DNA from: the human T2T-CHM13v2.0 reference genome, Homo sapiens
NCBI RefSeq assembly: GCF_009914755.1
Contig: NC_060940.1
Length of the DNA: 64,000 nucleotides
Strand: one strand, 5' to 3'
A program made the position numbers and the translations under genes. Every line of letters starts with the position of its first letter. Within the stretch, counting starts at the first letter, position 1. The notes under the pieces are model-generated. The model ran no database searches. It was not told where the DNA came from and worked only from the letters and a program-made list of their open reading frames with translations. Shown piece after piece: positions 15,626-30,520 of the stretch.

Positions 15626-16389
15626 AAGAACAGCCCCTCACCCCCTACTATTATAATAACAGTGCAAAGGACCTCCCTGTGTACTTTGTCATTGCCATGC
15701 TTGCAGGGCACAATTCCAACAGTGGCATTTCCGAGCCGAAGTGTCACGTGTCCGGGCTATGGCTCCTGCACGGATTGCAACAGCCAGCCCGTGTGTGATA
15801 GTCAGCAAGGCAGGCTCTGCTGTGTGAGGAAGACACCCCCAGCCCAGAGTCTAGAGCCTGGACTCACACGCATCAGGGGTGCCCTTGCAGGGACCACATG
15901 ACCTTGAACTGAGCTCAGGCTCTGAGCCGATTCTCAAAGAGTGAAGAACATTGAAGGCCCCCGCTGCCCAGCCTGTGGGAGTGGGGAGCAGAGTCCATAG
16001 GCAGCTCAGACTCACAGGCCCTGAGGACAGAGGGCCCCAGGCTGTTGGCAGCTGTGCCAGGTCAGTCACGTGGGAACAGAGGCCTCAGTCCTCCCCGCAG
16101 AGATTTTCTGTGACTGCTTCCATGAGACAGAGAAAAAGAGAGAGGGCTGTTAAGGGAGGTGGAGGCCATCCCAGGGCATCTCTTGCCAGGCTGGCACCGG
16201 CATCGTTCCACTGGGTACATAATATCCCATAATAGGGCCTGGCTGTTTGGAGTGCACAGAGACAGAAAGAAGATTGACATCGTACGAGTGTCGGGTTCCG
16301 AGACTGGCGTGCCCGCCGGCCTCTCCCTCTGTGGGCGGCCTCCGCTCACCCACGAGAGCAGCTCCGGAGGCACCACCTCGGGGAAGCCG

Positions 16390-16815
16390 ACTATGCTGGG
16401 GTGAGGGCCCCCCCACCCAGATTCTTGTCACCCAGAACCTGTGAGTGTGACCTTGTTTGGAAATAGGGTCTTTGCCCATGCATGAAGTTAGGGTGAAGTC
16501 ATACTGGATTTGGGGCCTATATCCAGGGACTGATGTCCTCACAAGAAGAAGGAGATTTAGAGACGCAGACACAGGGTGCAGGCAGAGGTCGGAGTGATGC
16601 AGCGACTGACCAAGCGATGCGCAGGATGGTGGCTGAGCCCCCAGAAGCTGGAAAAGGCAGGGAGGAGTCGGCCCCGGAGCCTTCAGAGGCAGCGCGGCCC
16701 AGCCAGCACCTTGAATCCAGACTTCTCCTAACCGAACTGCACCGAGAATGACTTTCTGAGGTTTTAAGCCACCAGATGGTGGTTCTTTGTCACAGTTGCC
16801 TTGAGACAGTAATAC
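16390..16815 (+). mobile_element. MaLR solo LTR (MLT1B/C-like)
   Basis: gtgaccttgtttggaaatagggtctttgc...cagaagctggaaaaggcagggagg...ttttaagccacc...taatac. Confidence 0.85.
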
Positions 16816-17274
16816 CCGGGCCCTTCTGAGGCCTCCCTCTCTGGCCTCTGTGGCCCCGCCCGGTCCCCTCTCACAGACCGCGTGGGGTGCAGGCGACTAG
16901 AGCCTCCTCTGCATGGCCTGGTATCCTAGGCAGGGTTGGCAGGCCTGGCAAAACATAGGTCTGCAGTGAGTGAGAGGATGCAGGGGCCCTCGTGGATGGA
17001 CAGGTGGGTGGGGGTGGGGCAGGAGGAGAAGGGCAGGGCTGACTCTGAGAGCGGACCCTGTGGCCACAGGAGGGCTGGCCCCTTCCCTCCCCATGTCCAT
17101 TCACCCCTCCTTGCCCGGTCTTGGCCTCTGCGGGTGGCGGGTGGGTGGAGACACAATGCCAGGCGCAAGGCCCAGCTAGAGTGCCCAGAGAAGAAAGAGC
17201 TGAGTGTCCAGAGCCTTGGGGAGTAGGCCACCGTTAACACTGACCCCTGACACAGGCTACACAGACATGGGATT

Positions 17275-17800
17275 GTGGCCAGAAGTTAAGTGGTTAAAGA
17301 GCTTTGACTCCGAATTCTATTCTGTGGAGTCAGATCCCTGCTCCTCAGCTCTGAAACCCTGTGATTTGGGTCATTTAACTGCTGCAAGCCTCACTTGTGT
17401 CATCTTTAAAATGGAGGTGCGAAATAATATCTGCCAACCATTATTCTAAGTGAAGTAACATAGGAATGGAAACCCCAAAACCATACGTTCTCACTTGTAG
17501 GTGGGAGCTAAGCTATGAGTCCACACGGGCAGGCGGAGTGATATCATGGACTTCAGACACTCAGAAGGGGAAGGGTTGTGGGGGGGCCAGGGATAAAAAC
17601 TACACCTTAGATACAGTGTACGCTACCCAGTTGGCAGGTGCACTGAAATTTCAGAATTCACCACTGTATAACTCATTCATGCAACAAAAAACCATGTGTA
17701 TCCCAAAAGCAATTGAAATAAACATTTTAAAAAATAATAATATCTGCCTTATAGAGCTGTGGTGGCAGTCCCATAGATGCCTGTTAGAGAAGTGCCTGAC
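17275..17800 (+). mobile_element. MIR SINE split by an L1 insertion
   Basis: gtggttaaagagc...tgtgatttgggtcatttaac...catctttaaaatgg; resumes gccttatagagctgtggtgg. Confidence 0.7.
17436..17735 (+). mobile_element. 5'-truncated L1PB-type LINE
   Basis: attattctaagtgaagtaac...gtgggagctaagctatgag...attgaaataaa; 13-bp TSD aataatatctgcc at 17423 and 17736. Confidence 0.9.
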
Positions 17801-18354
17801 ACGCGGCTGTTGTTTGTTCACTCAGCAAACATTCACAGAGTGCCTGCTGTGTGCCCCGCACTGTTCCAGCACTTGGGGATCAGGGAGTGAACACCACTGC
17901 TTTCAGAGCACACATTCTGGGGGGGTGTGATTATTATGGGATGTTATGGGTTAAGCTGGCTTTGGAGGGCTAGCCTAGGACTCAACTCTCCCCTTCCCCC
18001 GTCCCCACCGTAACCCCACCGGTTGCTGCTTCTGTTGCAGAACAGGATCAGGTTGTTGGCTGCCAACTGAGACATGAGGGCCCTCAGTCACCTGGAGGCC
18101 TGTCTGCAAACCCAGCTGTGAGCAGAGCCCTTGGAGGGGTGGGCCAGAGACATACTTGACACGTGTTCCCTTCAGCCCTGGGGGTCAGCCCACAGCCAAC
18201 AGGAGTTGGGGAGGGGCAAGCCCCTCCTGTCCCACCCTGCCTCTGCCTGCTCCCAGGACTGAGCGAGAGGGTGGCCCAGCCCAGGGCTTCTGCCCCTTCT
18301 CTCTCGTTCTTCCACCATCATTCCGACCCCTTAAAGGGCTTAAAGGTAAAGTGC

Positions 18355-18576
18355 TCCAGGAGTTCAATACCATATTGGGCAACATAGTGAGACCCCATCT
18401 CTACAAAATATCAAAAAATTAGCCAGGCATGGTGGTGTGCACCTGTAGTCCCAGCTACTCAGGAGGCTGACTTGGGAGGATCACTTGGGCCCAGGAGATG
18501 GAGGCTGCAGGGAGCTATGATCCCGGCACTCCAGCCTGAATGACAGAGCAAGACCCTGTCTCTAACAACAAAAGAT
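18355..18576 (+). mobile_element. AluJ-type, 5'-truncated
   Basis: ccaggagttcaatacc...gggcaacatagtgagacccc...gagcaagaccctgtctc. Confidence 0.9.
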
Positions 18577-18759
18577 AAAGCACTGTTATTACCAGCTCTC
18601 TCTATTACCATATCTAATAGTGATATAATGTTATCTGATTATAATAATTCATAGCTAATATAATATTTTTTAAGTAGTCATAAGAAATAGAAAAACTTTA
18701 GCTTACCACACGTGTCAGGAACACAAACTGACGCCTATGACCTTCACTTCATACCCAGG

Positions 18760-18885
18760 AGGTTGGTACTTTTCTTATCTCCCTGGGACAGATGAGAAAT
18801 TGAGGCACAGGGAGGTTAAGCTGTTTTCCCACAGACACACAGCAGGTGTAGAGGCTGCATTTGAGCCTGGGCTGTGGGACTCCCA
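18760..18885 (-). mobile_element. MIR SINE
   Basis: cagatgagaaattgaggcacagggaggttaag...tttgagcctggg. Confidence 0.75.
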
Positions 18886-20039
18886 GCACCTGCTTAGAGG
18901 TGCTGTGTTCACCTCCTCCAGCCTCTGGGGGACTCCCTGGCCTTGGGCTGTTTCTGGGGCTGTCCCTGGAAAGATATAGCACTTGCTGCTCAAACCCACT
19001 CCTGTCTCTTGCCGGCTGCCTGGCTTTGAGCAATCTACAGAACTCAGTTTCCCCAACTGCAGAATGAGTTTGCAGCACCCCCTCTTTGGGTTCTCTTGAG
19101 GAATGGGTGAGGTGGCCTATGGAAAGCGGCAAGCCCCTGATGCTTGTGTGGGATGAAGGAGCGGGGCGCTGTGGTTGACACAGGGCCGTAGAGGCGAGTG
19201 GCTTGGATTTGGGGCCTTGGCTGCGCCAGGTAATCCTGAGATAACCTTGGGCAACTGACTCAGCCCCTTTCTGCTTCCGTTTCCCCATATGGAGCGTGGG
19301 GGTGATGAGAGTAGCGACTTCACAGGTGTCTGGGCGGGTGTCAAGCTCCCTGTGACGCGCTGCCTTGCATAGGCGCTCAGCAAATGCTGCACATTGGGAC
19401 GATGGGGGAAAAGGGTGGGAGGCAGGAGGAGGGGACTGGGGCAGGCCCTGGACGGGATGTGCCTCTCAGAATCAGCTTGTTTTCATTTCTGTGCTGTGTT
19501 TGGGGTTGGGAGCGAAGCCTGGTCAGGTGGGCCAGAAGAAGCCGCCACGCCTGGGACCATGCGAAGGCTGGCGATCCCTCCAGAGAACCGTGTGCCCTGC
19601 AGAGTATGAGAAGGTGGGAGCTGGAAGGTCCCTGAGCCAGCGGCTCCTCCATTCTCTGAGTTTGACCAGGGGGATCCCAGGCTCAGAGAGTGCGTGACTT
19701 TCCCAAAGCCACATGGGGAGTGCGTGAGAAGTGATGCTGGGTGAAATGGGGGATGATGCCCTTGCCTGGTTGTGAGAGTTAAATGCGTGAATACATGGAG
19801 AGCGTTCAGGACAGGGCCTGTGGGAGGAAGTGCTCAGTGAAGGCCAGCAAGCAGGAGTATCTCATTCCCTGCCTCAAAGCCGAACAGCCCAGCGGACTTT
19901 CCTAAGCCCTCCTGTTGCCCACGTCATTTTTCCCTGCTGCATCCTCCCCGAATCCTCTTCCTCCTGCCTCCTCCTCGAAGCCCTCCCTGACTACCACCTG
20001 TGCACTCCCTGTCCCCAGTCAGAAGTCCTTCCAGCCTCT

Positions 20040-20411
<372 letters not shown>

Positions 20412-20669
20412 TAGGGTTTCCACTGTAAGTCATGGGCTTGGGGGTCCAGAGCACCAGGTTTGAGCCCCAAGTCCGTGTGTTACCCTGTGACTCGGGATGG
20501 GCTGCTGAACCTTCCTGAGTCTTCATGGCCTCATCTCTAGAACACAGTGCATATTCTCAGCTCCTAAGATTCTTTGAAAGAGAATTAAACCCCTTCATTG
20601 AGTGCATGTTTATGGAGACCTGCGGAGTGCCAGGCACACTTCTGGGGCTGCACGTGAAACGAGACGTGC

Positions 20670-20825
20670 CGCTCGTAGTGGTAAAACGCGGCCTTTGGAG
20701 CAGTGAACCTGGGTTTGAGCTCAACTCTGCCACTTGCTACCTGTGTGACCTCCCAAACTGCTTTCTGCCTCTAGGCCTCACTTTCCAAATCATATGGAAA
20801 ATGGGAGTAAGAACAGGCCTGTGGG
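20670..20825 (+). mobile_element. MIR SINE
   Basis: gtagtggtaaaacgcggcctttggagc...ctctgccacttgctacctgtgtgacc...aaaatgggagtaa. Confidence 0.75.
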
Positions 20826-20996
20826 AGTCCAGCAAGTGACGGGCCCAGCTCTGCGCCTGGCTCACCCATGACCTGCCTTCTGCAGGTCCTGCTCTGTGCG
20901 TCCAGCTGGTCTTGCGTCTACTTCATCTTTGCTTCCACAGCTTCCAGCGTGCAGTAGCCAGGCACCCTTTGCATATTTTTTATAAGAACCAAATGA

Positions 20997-21505
<509 letters not shown>

Positions 21506-22780
21506 TAAAAAAATGAATTATATTTTGACACTTTGGTTGGATCCAGAATAATCTTTGTGGGGAGCTGGTTAAAAGTAGCTTTGGAGCCCAGGACAGACCT
21601 ACCGCATGAAGCTGCTGGCCTGGGGCTGGCCTGGGTCCTACCTGGTCAGGGAGCCTCGGCCCTCAGGCCAGCTGTCTTGGACCACCTTGCACTCTCTAGA
21701 AAGCCCCCTCTTGACAGCATGAGTACACTCACTGCACGGCCCAGAAGAGACAAATGTTCTCATTCTGCTTCCATCCCACCTCCATCTCCGAATGTCGCCT
21801 GTGGCACTTTGAGTGTTCATATCATGTCCTCTGCCTCCGTGCACCTGACCTGTCTCCTGTGGTCATTTCTTTTCTTCTTGCGTTTTCCAGAATTGTATTT
21901 GGAGCCCCTCCTTCCCCCTTCTGCAAGCCACAGCCCCATGACTATGGGACCACCAGCTTTGCTTTATGCCCAGTTTACAGATGGGTTCACCAAGGGCCCC
22001 CAAGCCGACGTCTCTTTGTTTCTGGCCTGGGCCAGGGAAGGCAGGCTCTCCTGGTCTCCTGGCCCTGCAGGTGACAGGACTTCCTTTGGAACAGGTGGGC
22101 AGCATTTCCCAGGGTGACCCCAGCCTGGAGGATGGGAATCCCTGCTGCTATTTTCAGCTGCTTCAGGTGGGCGCTCCCTTCTCCCATGAGCCACAGCTGC
22201 CCAGACTTGGTGGCCTGTGTGTTCTTACATGATGTCAGAGCATCCTTCTGGCTGGGGGGCCAGCACCCCACCCTCGGCCCCTCACCCTTTCTCAAGGAGC
22301 ACGGGGAAATCCCAAAACATTTTCCCCTCTGGGCCAGAAGCAGCTCGGCGTTACCCCGCACCTGGGATTTCAAGAGCTCTTCCTGGTCCGCTTTCCAGTG
22401 GGTGGCTGTGAAAATGGCACTTGGTTTCAGTTAGGAGCTGGGGGCAGGCGGGGGTCTGGTTTCCCTGCTCCTGGAGGAATTACCGGACCACATGTTGCCA
22501 GGAGCCTTGGCTGGGAGAGGCAAGCGAGGCTCCAAGCCGGCGAGCGGGCGGCGGCGCAGATGGAAACTCGATCACCCCCGGCTCAGCAGACTGTTTGATT
22601 TATTTTAAAATCAAGCAGATGGCTGCAACAGGGGTTTGTTTAAGTTCAGCTCAGAGCCGGGCCCGCGGCCAGGAGCCTGGGGCAGCTGTGCCAAAAATTT
22701 TTCAATGACTTTGGTCGTCAAACCACCTCTTCCCCTCCCTTTTGAACTTCAGCCTCCCCACACAGGCGGGCTTCTCGGGC

Positions 22781-23030
22781 CTGCCCGCTGCTGCCCGCTG
22801 CTGCCCGCTTGCCCTGGCCCGTCTCGCTTTGTCTCTGTCTTGCTGCCTGGAGTCCCTGGCTTTGCCACTCTCGTGCTCTCTCGCGCTCTCTGCACCTCTG
22901 GTGTCTGCCTCTATCCCTTTCTCTCTCCTTGCTTCGGTTTCTCTTTTTTTGTCTCTCCATCTCTCTCAGTATGTGTCTCTGTCTCTGATTCACTCTCTCC
23001 CACCACTTCCTCCCCATCCCTTTTCCGTTG
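22781..23030. repeat. (ctgcccgctg)3 followed by CT-rich low-complexity tract
   Basis: 10-bp unit three times at 22781-22809, then pyrimidine-rich run. Confidence 0.85.
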
Positions 23031-23471
23031 CAGGAAACCTTCCCAAATCGTGCCCCCCACTGCTTCCTCCAGCTTCCTCCTACCTTGCCCCCCACCCCTC
23101 CTGCCCACCCCCTCCTCCAGTGGCCCCTCTCCCCCTCCCTGGCCCAGCAAGGCACATGGGAGAACAGCCAAGCCTTTGTGGGGATTCAGCGTCCTCCGGG
23201 CTGCCCCCTCTCCGAGACCCTGCGGCTGGGAAAACCAGGCCCCCAGCCGTAAAATCCTGGAGTCGACCAGACCTCCGAGGTCAAGCGGTGCAGCCCCCGC
23301 CCAGAGGCAGGGAGGCCAGGGGCACAGGCCTCATGGTCACAGGGTCGGCATCTGCAGCTGTCCCTCCCGTGCTGGGCGGGCGGGGGGCCGGGCTGTGCGA
23401 GGAGCCCCACTGTGCGGCTGGTTTGCCAGGGAGGTCAGCTGCAGGCTACTGGCCTGGTTCACACTTCCCTA

Positions 23472-23645
23472 GCGCGCACACACACACACACACACACCCC
23501 AAGTACATGCACACACACACACCATGTACATATACTACACACACCCACATGCATACACACATACCACATACATACCCTGCATGCATGCATCCACGTGTGT
23601 GCACATGTGTACACACACACACACAGACGCACACAGACACACACT
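23472..23645. repeat. Degenerate (CA)n tract starting gcgcgc
   Basis: Alternating purine-pyrimidine sequence. Confidence 0.9.
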
Positions 23646-25386
23646 GCTTATGAGCAGGGTACGCCACATCCCTATCCCTCTACAGGGATGACCTGGTCCC
23701 CTGTTCACATGGCAGCAGGTTCCCTAAACCAGGCACCACCCGTCCAGCCCCAACTCCCCAGCCAGGGCTGCCCCTACCCACATCCCCTGACGAGGCCAGG
23801 ACGTGCCGCCTGAATGGTCTCGGCCCCGGCTTCCTAAACAAGATGAGTGTTTGAAACAGCAGCAGCCCTTTAAGCCCAGAGCCAGAGAGGCCCACTTTCC
23901 TTCATGTCCAGGCAGGTGGGGGCTCGGCCCCCAGACACCCTGGCATCTCGGGGTGGGGTATGGATGGCACACCCTACCCCTTGCCGGGGCTGGGGGCCAG
24001 AGCCCACGTCAGTCCCGCTTGGAGCCCTCATGTTTTCCGCCTCTGATGGAGAGGCCAGCTCTCTGTTGATCTGAGGGAGTTGACTCAGCTGCCCCTCCCG
24101 GTCCCCGCCCCACAGGGTCACCGGTGACCAGGTGGGCTGGCCTCAGGGAGGGCCGGGGAGGCCCACAGCAGCCTGGTATCTGTCAGCCTCGGGTCTGCTG
24201 GGAGCCTGGGGTACGCAGGCCCAGGGCCTGGGGAAGGGGACAGGACACTAGTCCTCTCCCTCTGGGCCACATCTATTCCACGAGAGGATGGATGCTGGCA
24301 CCCACTGCCCCTCCCCGCTCCCTGTGGCTCTGGTGGAGCAGCCTCCTGCACTTCAGTGTAGAGGCCAGCCTCTCCCTCCAGTGAACTCTGCCCTGAGCGG
24401 GGCCCACCAGACCTTAGGGACAGATTTGTCCAGAATGTCAGCATGGGAGCCCAGGTCCCGGGCTGGGGCCAGCGCACGGCTCTCCAGCCCAGGCAGGCCT
24501 CGGCATTGGTGGAGAGGTCCCTTAGACCACAGGGCGGGCTGGAGGCTATGCCCCCTGCTTGCGTGAAATGGGGTCGGCACATTCCACTTGGGGATTATCT
24601 TCATGGTCCAGTGCCTTTGAGTTAGGAGTTCTCCAAGACGTGCCTGACGGTTCACACCAGGCCACCAGCAGCTTCAGATCTTGGAAAAACACCGCCAGGA
24701 GGCTGATAGCTATTTTTCACAATAGCCAGTTCCCACCCCCAGCAGCCATGCACCAACATCTCTTTGTCGGATCAAACAAATTTGGAAATCGTAATGAATT
24801 TTACTGCCTCCTCCAACACAAATGAAGTCCAGGAAACGGAAAACGTGGCCCAATTAAAAACGTGTCTCCGTCTCTGCGTGGACTGCCGGGAGGAGATGTT
24901 TCTCATTGAAGATGCCCTCTCCGAGGGTGGGGAGCTTTTGTTTATTGATTTTCTGTCTCACTGGTCTCCCGCTGCTGACGGGCCTCCTCTGCAGCAGAAG
25001 TTTGGATCCATGCGGAGCTTCCTTCATACGGTGGCTTTTCTTCTGTTTTCTTACCATTTTAGTTTTGCATGCAAAAGAGGAACATAAAAATTGAAAAACT
25101 GTCTGCTATATATCCAAAAATCATGCTTGCAGAGTTCTTCAGAATTTCATTTTGCAGATAGTCTTACCGGACTGCTTCCCTCTAGTTTTGTTTTTTTCTG
25201 GTTAGGCATGAAGGAGAGGCTCTGTTCTCAGGTACGGGGCCGGCGGAGTCAAGGCTGCCATACCCATTTGTCTTATCTCAGGAAGAGGCAGAAAAAAGTC
25301 TTCAAGCCTATGGTTATTATAAATCCTACACGCTCCTGAATTCAGTCATGCCAAATGGAACCAGAACCATGTTTTTAACCCTTTTA

Positions 25387-26363
<977 letters not shown>

Positions 26364-26437
26364 TAGAAAAACCTGCCCTTGAAGGATGCGCATGAAAAGC
26401 GAGAAGGCGAGGGAGGAGGAGGGTTTCATAACCCTTA

Positions 26438-26462
26438 TGAAACCCTATCTCTACTAAAAATA

Positions 26463-26494
<32 letters not shown>
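26438..26494 (+). mobile_element. Tiny Alu left-arm end plus long poly-A
   Basis: tgaaaccctatctctactaaaaatac followed by ~31 A. Confidence 0.8.
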
Positions 26495-26497
<3 letters not shown>

Positions 26498-26694
26498 AAC
26501 ACACAGGGGCGGATTCCAGGAGCCAAACTCATTAAAAAAAAATTCTCGATCTGGTTGGCAGCTGATAAACTAATATTTGGGCTTAGCTCAAGGCTCTGCA
26601 AATTAGTGTGGTTGGTTCCAGTTCGGGTTTATAGCTTAGTTCAGTTGGAGCCTGACTCTCTAGGTTCCTGGATGCTGAGCTTTTGGCAGTATCC

Positions 26695-27700
<1,006 letters not shown>

Positions 27701-27904
27701 GATCCGCATGAACCCTGTCCCTCCGCTGCCGGGTAGAGAGCTGCTGCAGGGGCTGGTGCGGTCACGGTCTTAGGGAATGCGTGGAGCCCCACAAGGATAC
27801 ATTCATTCCCCTTTCAGGTGTCTTTGGCCATTCTGACACCACTCTGTTTCACTGCACAGAGAATCTTGGTGTGGAATTATTGTCTTCAGAGCCTCTCAAA
27901 CACT

Positions 27905-28370
27905 TGCAGTATTCGTAATGTATTGCTGTGTAACAGAATACCTCAAAACATTGTAGCCTAAAACAATAAATCTTTATCATCTCTCAGTTTCTGTGTGACA
28001 GAAATTAAGGAGCAGCTTAGCTGGCTGCTCCCACACAAGGTGCCCTCATCAGCACGTCAACTGGGGCTGTGGTCTCATCTGAAGGCTCTGCTGGGGCTGG
28101 GGGATCCACTGGCCGGGTGGCTCTTTTGTGGCTGTTGGCTGGAGGCCTCAGTTCCTGGCCATGTGGGTCTCTCTAGAGGGCTGCTGAAATGTCCCCACAT
28201 TAGGGCGCTGGTTTCCCCCTAAGCAAGGTGGATGCTGCAGTGCCCCTGATAGCCTGGTCTCAGAAGCCACACCCTGCCACTCCACCATACTCACTTCCTT
28301 AGACACGTGTCACTGAGAAGGTAGGCACGTCAGAGGATCCATGGACATGTTCCGAAACCACCACTGGCAG
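27905..28370 (-). mobile_element. MaLR LTR (MLT1F/G/H-like)
   Basis: tattgctgtgtaacagaatacctcaaaac...aaaacaataaatctttatcatctctcagtttctgtg...ctcatctgaaggctc. Confidence 0.8.
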
Positions 28371-28429
28371 AGAGGCCGTCTATCAGGAGTGATATCTGGA
28401 TGAAATGGGGTAACACTGCTTGGTTTCCC

Positions 28430-28610
28430 AGGACCTCTTTTTAGGGTTACATTTCTATTTATGTTGCTTGATACTGATTGCCATTTTATGATAGTCATCT
28501 ACAATTTTATTTTAATTTATTTAAGCTTAAAGAGTGAGTTGATTTAAGGAAAATTATGAAGTAAAAAATATTAAGTAAAGTGATGGTGAAGGACAAGTGG
28601 AGGGAGCATG
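28430..28610. mobile_element. MER103-like hAT fragment
   Basis: gagtgagttgatttaaggaaa...aaatattaagtaaa; similar motif at ~4165-4200. Confidence 0.5.
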
Positions 28611-28921
28611 CCAGGATGCAGAGGTGGGGCCTGACCAAGGGGGCTGCTGGCAGCATGTGACTCTGCAGCCAGATGGCCTTGGTCGGAGTCCTGGCTCAGC
28701 TGCCTACAGCTGTGTGTCTGCAGTGGGCATCTTACGTCCTTGGGCCTCGGTTTCTTCTTAATAAGGTGAGGGAGCAGGCTGCTGCCGGTGCTGTTGTGAG
28801 GTTTAGATAGAATGGAGTCTGCACAGGGGGCTCGGCATGGGGACTGGCATGATGGGTGTCCCCTGCTGGGAGGTGGCCTGAGCCTGAGCCTCCCTGGGCT
28901 GCCTGTGGTGCTGCCTGGACT

Positions 28922-28922
<1 letters not shown>

Positions 28923-28977
<55 letters not shown>
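28923..28977. repeat. (GT)~27 microsatellite
   Basis: Perfect GT run. Confidence 0.99.
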
Positions 28978-28979
<2 letters not shown>

Positions 28980-29144
28980 GGAGGACGAAGGAGCTAGCAC
29001 CCCTCTGTTCCTCTGAGCAGTGGTAGCACTTGGTGAGGCTGGGGGAAGACTTTGCAGGCTCTTCATCTGGCCCGAAAACTGAGGTTCTCCTTGCAGGAAT
29101 AAGTCAGTCAGGTAGCGGCCATCCCCACACCTAGGGCCCACCTG

Positions 29145-29330
29145 CCCATCCAGCCACCCACGCATCCCCTTTCCATCCATTCACCCACCCACCCATTTTC
29201 CTTTCATCTTCCATCTGTCTATTTATATACCCATTACCCATCTTTCCTCAGTCCTTCTTTTCATCCATCCATCCATCCATCCATCCATCCGCCCACCCAT
29301 CTGTTCATTGGTCCGTCTATCCATCCAATA
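29145..29330. repeat. Degenerate (CCAT)n tract
   Basis: ccatccatccatcc... with interruptions. Confidence 0.85.
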
Positions 29331-29949
29331 GGCAGTGGATTTTATGCTGAAGACATAGCAATGAACAAAACAGCCCCTGCTATCAGAGAGCTCCAGTCTG
29401 GTTGGGAAGGCCTGTTCTTCATGCATGAATGGAGAAGATGGTTAGTCATCCTGCAGTGGTTTAGTGAGCACCTGCTGTTCTCAGTGAAGGCTACTGCACG
29501 CAGGCCTCTTCTCACGGACCTCAACGGTGGGTATGTCCAGAGGATGAGGTGCCAGAAGGGGCTGTGATCAGCTCTATCTTGCAAGGGACGAAGTACTTGA
29601 ATGGGCTTTTGAGGGATGTGCAGGAGTTGACTGGGTGGGTGAGAGATAAAGGGCGATCCAGGTAGCAGGAACAGCACAGGCAGGGCCCAGGAGGCATGAG
29701 AGTGTGGCGAGCATGGGAAAGTGTAAGCAGCTGGGCAGTCTCTTGGGAGAGCAGCGGGGAGGTTCTTGCAGGTTGGGGCTGGATGCCGGGTGGTTGGGTC
29801 ACTTGAGGGAAACATTGAGGGTTGGGGAAGATGAGGGCAGGCAGAGAGGAAGTGGGAGGGGAGATTCATTTCAGGGCAGCCGCAGGCTCTGGAGCACCCA
29901 CCATAGTCTGGCTCTGCGCTGGGCCCTGGGAGATGGAGATTGATGGGTT

Positions 29950-30520
29950 GACTGATTGATTCATTCATTCCCTCACTGTTTGCTGAATGCTGGCCTCATG
30001 CCGACCGGGGGATACAGCAGTGAACAAGAGAGGGAGGGCCCTACCTTCACGGGGCTCACACTTGAGTCAAGAGCATCAAACCTGAAACAGATCAACGCAG
30101 AGAACCCCGTGCAGGGGAGTGAAACAGGGAATACCTCAGGAGGGGGTGTGGTGGGGAGCAGGGCCTGGGAGGGCTGGGAGGGCCCCTCTGTGGAGGAGGC
30201 AGCAGTCAAGTGGAGGGGCAGTGGGCGAGTGGCTCCCTGGGGACGGGTGATCCAGGAGGAGGGAACAGCACGGGCAGAGGCCCCGAGGCAGGAGTGAGCC
30301 TGGCTGCTGGAGGAGCAGCGCTGAGTCCCGGCCCCCGCCGGAGGAGCCCTGTCACTTGGCTCGCAGTGAAACATGAGTCAAGTCTGGGGGTAGTGTCAAG
30401 AGCTACAGACAGAGGGCTTTGCGACGGGTTTGTTTGGTTTTCTTTCCTGTGGCTGCTGGGGAGCCATTGTAGGTTTTTGAGCAGAGGAGGTTGTCCACAC
30501 TGCTTGTGGCCAGCAGCGTA
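29950..30520 (-). mobile_element. L2 fragment
   Basis: attcattcattc...gatacagcagtgaacaag...agggaacagcacgggcagaggccccgaggcagga...gggagccattgtaggtttttgagcag. Confidence 0.75.

Noticed and set aside
16768-16782. CTCF-like CCACCAGATGGTGG and other partial matches
   Set aside because: Imperfect single motifs inside repeats cannot be supported without ChIP data
29085-29120. 15-nt microexon ttgcag|gaataagtcagtcag|gtagcg
   Set aside because: Short pyrimidine tract and weak donor; chance-level
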